Origin: Bacteroidales bacterium
Lineage (GTDB): Bacteria; Bacteroidota; Bacteroidia; Bacteroidales; CG2-30-32-10
DNA: 52,540 nucleotides
Direction: 5' to 3'
NCBI GenBank assembly: GCA_038214085.1
Contig: JBBQSF010000002.1
Coordinates: 1 to 52,540, forward strand
Below, in pieces: positions 45,827 through 52,540 of this stretch. A program made the position numbers and the translations under genes. The notes under the pieces are model-generated. The model saw only the letters and a list, made by a program, of their open reading frames with translations, was not told the origin of the DNA and ran no database searches. Numbering within the stretch: the first letter of the stretch is position 1; the number at the start of each line of letters is the position of its first letter.

Positions 45827-47473
45827 ATGAAATATAAAAAAGCAAGGTTAATACTCAGTTTTTTTGCGATAAGCATATTTGTATCCTCAGTTTCTGCTCA
45901 GAACATTTCAGATACATCCGTTATTAAATATAAAGCTCCGGTTGTATCGAAAGATAATCCTATTGCTGCCGCTCTCGACAGTGTTGCTAACCTGAGATGT
46001 TTTGAGAAAAACACATTTTCGACAGATGTGTCTAAGTTAAATAAGTATAAGTTTGCGGCTGGTTATGTTCCAGTATACCCTGATTCTATTTATGCTCAGC
46101 GTATTGCTAAACTGAATGCCAAATCGCCATTTGGACTTATTTATAATTCAGATGTTAAGGCATTTATAGACTTATATGCAGTAAAAAAACCTAAACTAAC
46201 CGCCAGAACGCTTGGATTGGCTGAATTGTATTTTCCTTTGTTTGAGGAAATGCTGGATAAATATAAAATGCCTTTGGAACTAAAATATCTTGCCGTTGTT
46301 GAGTCGGCACTTAATCCTGTGGCAAAATCTCCTGCAGGAGCCGCCGGATTATGGCAATTTATGTACACTACAGGAAAAATGTATGATTTAAAAGTTGATT
46401 CCTATGTTGACGAACGCCTCGATCCGTATCAGGCTACTGTAGCGGCATGTGAGCACATGAGAGATCTGTATAAAATATACAAGGACTGGGCTTTGGTTCT
46501 GGCTGCATACAATTCAGGACCAGGTAATGTAAATAAAGCGATCAGAAAATCAGGCGGCGAAACTGATTTCTGGAAAATTAAACAATTCCTTCCAAAAGAA
46601 ACTCAGGGTTATGTTCCTGCATTTATAGCTGTAGTTTATGTTATGAATTATGCAACAGAGCATAATATTTATCCTGTTGCCCCATCAATTTTTAGCGAAG
46701 ATATTGACACTATTATGGTGAAACAAAAACTTACCTTCGAGAAAATCTCAGAATTTTTAAATATTCCACTCGATATGGTAACATATCTTAATCCATGTTA
46801 TAAAGAAGGTGTTATTCCTGCTTTTCTTACTGATAAATATCCATTGCGCCTTCCAAAGAAATACATGGGTCCCTTTATGGTTAACGAAGATTCAATATAC
46901 AATTTTAAAACAAAAGCAGAGGTCCAAAAAGAACAACTTCTTGCAATGAAGCTAAAGGAGCAGGCAAAAAAAGATTCCGCAAAAAAAACCAATACAGTAG
47001 TTTATAAAACGGATACCAGTATTGCAAAAATCAATTCTAATTCCTCAGATAAAACCAGAACAGTTTATACCGTTAAATCAGGTGATGGATTGGGCATAAT
47101 TGCTTCAAAATACAACTGTACTATTGCCAATATTCAAACTTGGAACAATTTAAAATCAGCAAGCATTTATCCGGGGCAAAAGTTGTATGTTCAGGCTCCT
47201 GTAATTGTTAAAGACGATTCCACGTTTGCTGATAAAAGTGTAAAAAAAGACAGCGTAGTAGTTAATAAAACCGTAAATAAAAGTACTGACAACAAAATAG
47301 CGACACAACAAACCAATGTTAAGTACTATGTAGTTCAAAAAGGTGATACTCTTTGGGGAATTGCAAATCAATACAAGGGTGTAAGTGTAGAGGAAATCAA
47401 AAAGCTGAACAATCTCACAACCACAAGCACTTTGTACGTAGGACAAAAGCTGAAAATTAAAACAGACAGTTAG
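45827..47473 (+). CDS. Lytic murein transglycosylase (SLT domain) with two C-terminal LysM domains (MltD-like)
   Basis: It has a signal peptide. The SLT motifs are AVVESALNP and AGLWQFM ... AYNSGPGNV. The two LysM repeats are YTVKSGDGLGIIASKY...GQKLYV and YVVQKGDTLWGIANQY...GQKLKI. Confidence 0.88.
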   Translation: MKYKKARLILSFFAISIFVSSVSAQNISDTSVIKYKAPVVSKDNPIAAALDSVANLRCFEKNTFSTDVSKLNKYKFAAGYVPVYPDSIYAQRIAKLNAKSPFGLIYNSDVKAFIDLYAVKKPKLTARTLGLAELYFPLFEEMLDKYKMPLELKYLAVVESALNPVAKSPAGAAGLWQFMYTTGKMYDLKVDSYVDERLDPYQATVAACEHMRDLYKIYKDWALVLAAYNSGPGNVNKAIRKSGGETDFWKIKQFLPKETQGYVPAFIAVVYVMNYATEHNIYPVAPSIFSEDIDTIMVKQKLTFEKISEFLNIPLDMVTYLNPCYKEGVIPAFLTDKYPLRLPKKYMGPFMVNEDSIYNFKTKAEVQKEQLLAMKLKEQAKKDSAKKTNTVVYKTDTSIAKINSNSSDKTRTVYTVKSGDGLGIIASKYNCTIANIQTWNNLKSASIYPGQKLYVQAPVIVKDDSTFADKSVKKDSVVVNKTVNKSTDNKIATQQTNVKYYVVQKGDTLWGIANQYKGVSVEEIKKLNNLTTTSTLYVGQKLKIKTDS

Positions 47474-47476
47474 TCT

Positions 47477-49288
47477 TTATTCTCCTGCGGAAACCGCTTC
47501 ACTTTTTAGAGATAACCTTACTCTTTTCTGGTTTTCTGAAATTACTTCTGCAATATCTTTCACTACAATTCCTGTTTTTCCCTGAAAAGTCTTTTTACAT
47601 AGCGGACAAGAAGTAACAAGCAACTCCGGATTCGATTCGGTTAAATGCGATATCTCATGGCTGGTGATTTGATTGCGGTTTTCCTGCCCCAAAACCAAAC
47701 TCCCTAGGCTTCCACCACAACAAAGGGTTTTGTTTTTTTCATAATCGAGATTTTGTAGTTCGAGCGCCATTGATAAAAGTTCTCTGGGTTCTTTGTATAT
47801 TCCTGAGCCTCGTCCAAGTTCGCAGGGGTCATGGTAAACAGCTGATATTTCCTCTTTATTTAATGTTATTTTTCCACTTTCAACCAACCTGAGCAAATAC
47901 TGTGTGTGATGCAAAACCTCAATGTCCAGATTATAATCTTCTTTAAAAATTCTATAACATATCGGACAAGATGTAACCAATAATTTGGCTTTGGAATCAG
48001 CAATTAATAATTTGTTTTTTGTAGTAAGTTCTTCTGCTTTTGAAAAATCACCGGCAACCATCGAAGGTCTGCCACAACAAATACTTCCATCCTTGTCGAT
48101 AAATGAATAATCTACACCTGCCTCGTTGAAATTTTTTTCCATTGCCCTTGGAATAGAGGGCGTAAGGTGCGACATACAACCTGCAAAATATGCCACTTCG
48201 CTTGTTTTTGCCTTTGCTGGGATTACATAATCAAGGGTATTGCCACTAACTTTAAAATATTTTGCCCTTTCGCCAATTCTTATGTTGTTTATATCAATTC
48301 CTACGGGACAAACTTCCATACAACGGCCACACAACAAGCAATCAAATGTTGGTGTTTCCTGTGACTCCTTGTTTCTTATTGATTGCAGAAAGTAAACTGC
48401 CTGAGTTTGGGTCACCCCAATGGTTTTTGAGAGTTTGCACTTTCCAATACAGATTCCACATCGGGGGCAAGCATTTATCTCAATTTCAGAAAATATCGAC
48501 AATCGTTTTTCAGAACTTATTCCAAAATTTTTCAAAAATATTAAAACGATCTCCGTTGGAATATGCATGTATCGTGAAAAAGGCAAAGAAATAAAGAACA
48601 AACCGAGCGATAAAGAATATGCCCACCAAATAGGATAGGAGAGTATTTCTATAGGTAAAAAGGATGCAAAAAATTGCCCTGAGTTATTTGTTAAAAACCC
48701 ACCATTTTGAAAAGTACCAGCGGTAAAGCTTTCGGCCAAATAACGCAATGGAAAAATAAACCACAAAGTATAAAGCGCTAGCTTATCAAAAGGCTTATAT
48801 ACTGTTGTACTGCACATTCCAAATAGTTTTTTATACATTCTTTTGGTAAATGCAAGTGTAATACCGGCCAGTACAAATAAAAGCAGAAAATCCATGATAA
48901 ACTGGAATTCGTTTGCCCAAGGAAAAGAGGAAATATTATGATTGAAAAATTTAAAGAATATTGGTTCGTAAGGCATGCTGAAGGCCCTGTGACTGTGAAT
49001 TTTAGATTCGATAGTTCCCCCGATAATCAGTAAAAACCAGCCGAATGCAATACTCATGTGCATGTAGCCTAGTACCGGATTAACTTTAAATACTTTTCGG
49101 TGTAAAAGACTTTCGAAAAAGACTTCCTTAATGGCTTTAAAAAGCTTAAAGCTAAATATTCCTTTCAGAATTTTGATTTTATCTGTTTTTTTAAAACGAA
49201 TGAGCCATGAAAAATAGCGATAGATTAGCATTGCAAAAAGCAATACCATTCCTATAGAAAAGGGAAGAACAAAAGGATCGTAATTCAT
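47477..49288 (-). CDS. Membrane-anchored HdrD/DsrK-like Fe-S protein (polytopic N-domain + 2x[4Fe-4S] + two CCG domains)
   Basis: The N-terminal ~250 aa carry ~6 TM segments and conserved-looking His residues. Ferredoxin motifs CPRCGICIGKC and CLLCGRCMEVCP follow. The two CCG domains are (GCMSH...CCGRP...SCPICY) and (DPCELG...CCGGS...SCPLCK). Confidence 0.8.
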   Translation of the reverse strand: MNYDPFVLPFSIGMVLLFAMLIYRYFSWLIRFKKTDKIKILKGIFSFKLFKAIKEVFFESLLHRKVFKVNPVLGYMHMSIAFGWFLLIIGGTIESKIHSHRAFSMPYEPIFFKFFNHNISSFPWANEFQFIMDFLLLFVLAGITLAFTKRMYKKLFGMCSTTVYKPFDKLALYTLWFIFPLRYLAESFTAGTFQNGGFLTNNSGQFFASFLPIEILSYPIWWAYSLSLGLFFISLPFSRYMHIPTEIVLIFLKNFGISSEKRLSIFSEIEINACPRCGICIGKCKLSKTIGVTQTQAVYFLQSIRNKESQETPTFDCLLCGRCMEVCPVGIDINNIRIGERAKYFKVSGNTLDYVIPAKAKTSEVAYFAGCMSHLTPSIPRAMEKNFNEAGVDYSFIDKDGSICCGRPSMVAGDFSKAEELTTKNKLLIADSKAKLLVTSCPICYRIFKEDYNLDIEVLHHTQYLLRLVESGKITLNKEEISAVYHDPCELGRGSGIYKEPRELLSMALELQNLDYEKNKTLCCGGSLGSLVLGQENRNQITSHEISHLTESNPELLVTSCPLCKKTFQGKTGIVVKDIAEVISENQKRVRLSLKSEAVSAGE

Positions 49289-49620
49289 AATGCTGATTTT
49301 TCGAAGTATTCTCTGATTTTAAGAATCATGTTTCTGGTATTTACGCCTCTTGGGCAAGCTAAATAGCACTTTCCGCAGAACATACATTTTGAAATTTCTT
49401 CTTTCAAACCGTCGATTTCTCCTCTGCGAAGCAAGGTTTGAAGTTTTCGAATATTGAAATCGGTAAAATTTGCTGCACTGCAAGTGGCGGTACATGTTCC
49501 ACAGCCAATACAGGTTTTAAACGAAGGTTCCTTTTCGCAAACATAGGCAGCTATTTTTAGATCGTTCTTATCGAGATCGATTTGCCTGTCCTTACTGAGT
49601 TTGTATCCGAAGTTGATCAT
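49285..49620 (-). CDS. 2x[4Fe-4S] ferredoxin-like protein (HdrC2-like)
   Basis: It is 111 aa with CIGCGTCTATC and CMFCGKCYLACP. It overlaps both neighbours by 4 nt. Confidence 0.75.
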   Translation of the reverse strand: MINFGYKLSKDRQIDLDKNDLKIAAYVCEKEPSFKTCIGCGTCTATCSAANFTDFNIRKLQTLLRRGEIDGLKEEISKCMFCGKCYLACPRGVNTRNMILKIREYFEKSAL

Positions 49621-50672
49621 GCCTTTTTAGGAATTCTGTTTTCAATAGTATAACCTTCGAGATAACTGGCAGTGAGTAATGCTGCAGCACGGGCATCGGC
49701 AAACACATTGTTAATGGTTCTGGGCGCCATGCAACATCCTGCAAAAAACACCCCAGGAACATTTGAAACCGTAGTCATGGTATGTTGATCCTGACATTTA
49801 AGGAAGCCGTTTACGCCAAAGTTCATTCCCAGCATGGTTCCTATTTTTTTTGTTCCTTCCGAAGGAATCATTCCTACCATTAGAACCAACAAGTCAACAC
49901 TCATACGTAAGGGGCGGCCTGCCAACGTATCTTCTACTTTAACCAGTATGGTGCCATCTATGTTTTCGCATGCTTCAGAAAGTCTGCCACGAATAAAATT
50001 GACGCCATGTTTTTCTTGCGATTGTTTGTAAAGCGATTCAAAATGCATCCCAAACATGCGAAGATCCATGTAAAAGCAATACACTTCTGACTCGGGAATC
50101 ATTTCTTTTATTTCAATGGCTTGTTTTACTGCGGTTACACAGCAAACTTTGGAACAATAAACATTTCCGACTTTTTCGTCGCGCGAGCCAACACAATGTA
50201 CAAATCCTACCTTTTTAGGCACACGACCATCGGTGGTTGTTATTTTTTCTCCTGTCAAAAATTTTTCTTCAAGTTCGGCCGAAGTAATTACATTATCGTA
50301 AATTCCATAGCCATATTCTTCTTTTTTCCGGGCATCAAATAAATCGTAACCTGTTGTAACAACCACTGAATCTGCTTCAAATACTCTATTATCGGCAAGT
50401 TTTATAATAAAACCATTATCAACTTTTGTAGCATCTGTAATATCTGCATTGTATTCCACTTTTACTTTTGCAAGGTCAATTCCTTTATTTAGAAAATCTA
50501 CTACTTCGCTTCCCAGACTCATAGTTGGAAATAATTTCTCCCATTTCAGCAATCGACCGCCAAGTTTATTGGTTTTTTCCATTAGGGTTACCTCATAACC
50601 CAAGGATGTGAGATAAGTGGAAACTTCCATTCCTGCAATTCCACCTCCAATTACAATTACTTTTTTTGCCAT
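49617..50672 (-). CDS. HdrA-like FAD-dependent oxidoreductase (short, sHdrA-sized)
   Basis: The FAD motif is VIVIGGGIAGMEVS. The HdrA cluster motif is CVGSRDEKVGNVYCSKVCC, i.e. CxGxRDx(6-8)CSxxCC. It is 351 aa. Confidence 0.82.
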   Translation of the reverse strand: MAKKVIVIGGGIAGMEVSTYLTSLGYEVTLMEKTNKLGGRLLKWEKLFPTMSLGSEVVDFLNKGIDLAKVKVEYNADITDATKVDNGFIIKLADNRVFEADSVVVTTGYDLFDARKKEEYGYGIYDNVITSAELEEKFLTGEKITTTDGRVPKKVGFVHCVGSRDEKVGNVYCSKVCCVTAVKQAIEIKEMIPESEVYCFYMDLRMFGMHFESLYKQSQEKHGVNFIRGRLSEACENIDGTILVKVEDTLAGRPLRMSVDLLVLMVGMIPSEGTKKIGTMLGMNFGVNGFLKCQDQHTMTTVSNVPGVFFAGCCMAPRTINNVFADARAAALLTASYLEGYTIENRIPKKA

Positions 50673-50711
50673 GTGCTTTTTGCCATTACTTTATAATAAT
50701 ACAGAAGTATT

Positions 50712-51824
50712 TTAAATAGAATTAGAACTTTCAGAGATTTTTGGAATTCCTAAATTTTTACCATTTACTCCTTGATACTTTTCTTCAGCCTTATAAACTA
50801 CTCCCATTTTGTCCAAAACAGGTTCGCAATCAATCTGATGCATTTGCAAACCCAAATCCCAAGGATTATATCCAAGAACAAGACCTGCAACTTCTTCGTA
50901 AGTAAAAACAGGAATTCCCTGGCCGTCAGAACCATATTTTTTACCTTCCATTTCGGCTATGGCATATTGCCATTTATCCAAAAACATAGGGCAGCCCGGA
51001 CAGTTGGTAATAATCATATCGGGTTTGTAAGGCTCCATGGATTCAAACTTTTTATGAGAACACGACATGGAATAGCCGCGGTTTGCCTGAACAAGATATT
51101 GCCTGAATCCAAAGCCACAGCAATGGCGGCGTTCGGGATAATCAATAATCTGTCCGCCCCAATCTTCAACCATTCCAATAAGAACATAAGGGTATTCGGC
51201 ACCACCAATACCTTTGTTGGGGAACATTTTAGAATAATGACAGCCAATATGTTCAACAACTCTTAATGGTTCGCCAGTATTTTTATTTACTAATTTATAT
51301 TTGGCTCTTGAAGCAATCTCTTTACGAAATTTAAAAATAATATCGCTGGCATGTGCTATGTTTTCGGGTATTTCAAATTCACGCCCGGTAGCCTCTTTGA
51401 GGTATTTCCTAATTTGTGCTTCCTTTTCGGGAAAATGATGCCAGGTGTCAAGCACTTCAGTATAAATACCAAATGAAGTGATGCAAGATGGAACAAGATT
51501 TTTATATCCCGATTCTGTCATTAATGCAAATTGTCGCGCAACTACAGTCATCATTGTGTCAATAGGGACAACATCTCCGTGATATCCAATGCCTGTACAG
51601 GTTGTATGACAAGGGTTTTCGTGAATATCTTTGCCTAATTCCTCTCGCATTATGCGTAAAAATGTGGTTTCTGAACCCGGGAAAAAATTTTGGCGCACAC
51701 AGCTTCTCACATAAAAGTAATGGTCATCAGCTATTTCTTTCTGATATTCTTTCCAGATATTATGTTTGCCTTCAATTTTCATCTCTGGTATGTTTATTAT
51801 TATTTTGTGTGTAAATGTGTTCAA
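50712..51824 (-). CDS. HdrB-like CCG-domain protein
   Basis: CCG-domain signatures RRHCCGFG and NCPGCPMF are present. The ORF-track start overlaps hdrC1 by 53 nt. An alternative ATG at 51782 (MKIEGKHNIW) would overlap by only 11 nt. Confidence 0.8.
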   Translation of the reverse strand: MNTFTHKIIINIPEMKIEGKHNIWKEYQKEIADDHYFYVRSCVRQNFFPGSETTFLRIMREELGKDIHENPCHTTCTGIGYHGDVVPIDTMMTVVARQFALMTESGYKNLVPSCITSFGIYTEVLDTWHHFPEKEAQIRKYLKEATGREFEIPENIAHASDIIFKFRKEIASRAKYKLVNKNTGEPLRVVEHIGCHYSKMFPNKGIGGAEYPYVLIGMVEDWGGQIIDYPERRHCCGFGFRQYLVQANRGYSMSCSHKKFESMEPYKPDMIITNCPGCPMFLDKWQYAIAEMEGKKYGSDGQGIPVFTYEEVAGLVLGYNPWDLGLQMHQIDCEPVLDKMGVVYKAEEKYQGVNGKNLGIPKISESSNSI

Positions 51825-52488
51825 AATATTCGTTGTCGAGGCCTTCTCCGAATTTTAGTCCCATTTCCTCCGCTTTTTTTCTTGAAAAGTTTTCAATTTT
51901 TTCAAAACGGTCATTTCCTCCTGTCACTTCAAATATTTTGCGAATTTCATTCATTGAATTTTCTGGAATTTTACGTAGTATTCCTGGACCATCGCCTTGA
52001 TAATTTGCGCCAAGGCGTTCAAACAAATCGTGCCAGTTTTCCTGTATCCAATCCCAAACTGGACCTTGTTCTGGATGTAAAGATGTTCCAACCCCATGTA
52101 AGTAAAGACAATAGCCATGTGCTAAAATCCAGTCGCCTACCGTACGTTTAACAGCAAGTTGCTGGCGTCCTTTTTCCGATTCTGTAAAATAACCCAATTC
52201 CTGCGACAATGAACGCAAGGCCATTATAATAAGCCCTGGCGCATTACCGCGCGGACAACGGGTTTTGCACGACATGCATTCGCCGCAATACCAAATAGTT
52301 TCACTTTTTAGCAATTCAATAATTGAGTCATCGTTGCGAGATTGTATCGTGTCCACTATATTACGGGGATCGTAATTATAAAATTCGGCAGCAGCGCAAA
52401 TAGCAGTGCAGGTTCCGCAGTTGATGCAGGCTTTGAGGCCTTCTTCAAGCCGCACATCCTCAGCCAGTTTATTAAAAAGTGAACCCAT
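51772..52488 (-). CDS. HdrC-like 2x[4Fe-4S] protein (HdrC1-like)
   Basis: It is 238 aa with CINCGTCTAICAAAE and CGECMSCKTRCPRGN. It is the first gene of the operon. Confidence 0.8.
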   Translation of the reverse strand: MGSLFNKLAEDVRLEEGLKACINCGTCTAICAAAEFYNYDPRNIVDTIQSRNDDSIIELLKSETIWYCGECMSCKTRCPRGNAPGLIIMALRSLSQELGYFTESEKGRQQLAVKRTVGDWILAHGYCLYLHGVGTSLHPEQGPVWDWIQENWHDLFERLGANYQGDGPGILRKIPENSMNEIRKIFEVTGGNDRFEKIENFSRKKAEEMGLKFGEGLDNEYFEHIYTQNNNKHTRDEN

Positions 52489-52528
52489 GTTTATCTATTA
52501 ACAATATAAAGTATATCGGATTAGTATG

Positions 52529-52536
52529 CAAAGATA
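52529..52536 (-). promoter_or_regulatory. Bacteroidota -7 promoter box (TATCTTTG on the minus strand) for the hdr-like operon
   Basis: The plus-strand caaagata is the reverse complement of TATCTTTG. It lies 40 nt upstream of the ATG at 52488. Confidence 0.4.
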
Positions 52537-52540
52537 AAAA

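Noticed and set aside
51690-52151. A 153-aa plus-strand ORF and other plus-strand ORFs within the hdr-like operon (50772..51266, 48262..48594).
   Set aside because: All are antisense to CDSs with unambiguous Fe-S and CCG motifs. They show low-complexity or odd composition and no start context.

Overview
This is an AT-rich, gene-dense chromosomal window of clear Bacteroidota type. The evidence is a T9SS C-terminal sorting domain, repeated TAnnTTTG -7 promoter boxes directly upstream of operon-first genes, and the conserved dut / nucleotidyltransferase / TPR / DUF4292-like / EnvC-like neighbourhood. I saw no rRNA, tRNA, CRISPR array, integrase or transposase.

Most genes are housekeeping or envelope genes: rpiB, nadA, rnr, ybeY, mnmG, dut, RluB-like, LutB-like, AsmA-like and MltD-like. 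There are also four sensor kinases, one LytTR response regulator, a HigB/HigA module and a Fic protein.

The main result is a sharply bounded five-gene operon at 40656-45182.
- It encodes a radical SAM enzyme, a Cys-motif-less 'pseudo-rSAM'-like partner, a radical SAM/SPASM enzyme and a GT9-like glycosyltransferase.
- The fifth gene encodes a 192-aa protein with a twin-arginine signal peptide followed by a 120-residue block made almost only of Tyr, Ser and Asn. The block contains seven perfect YYSYSYYYN units that are kept identical only at the protein level.
- Two tandem tatA paralogues lie immediately downstream.
- I read this as a candidate undescribed system that modifies a poly-Tyr repeat protein in the cytoplasm and then exports it through Tat.

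Secondary observations:
- A five-gene heterodisulfide-reductase-like (sHdr-like) operon whose last subunit is fused to a membrane domain.
- Three copies of one histidine-kinase 3' end that delimit the Fic and antiporter genes.
- An identical 15-nt palindrome-containing motif placed directly after the stop codons on both sides of mnmG.
- A 546-bp ultra-AT-rich gap upstream of nadA.

All calls come from reading motifs by eye. No database search was run.
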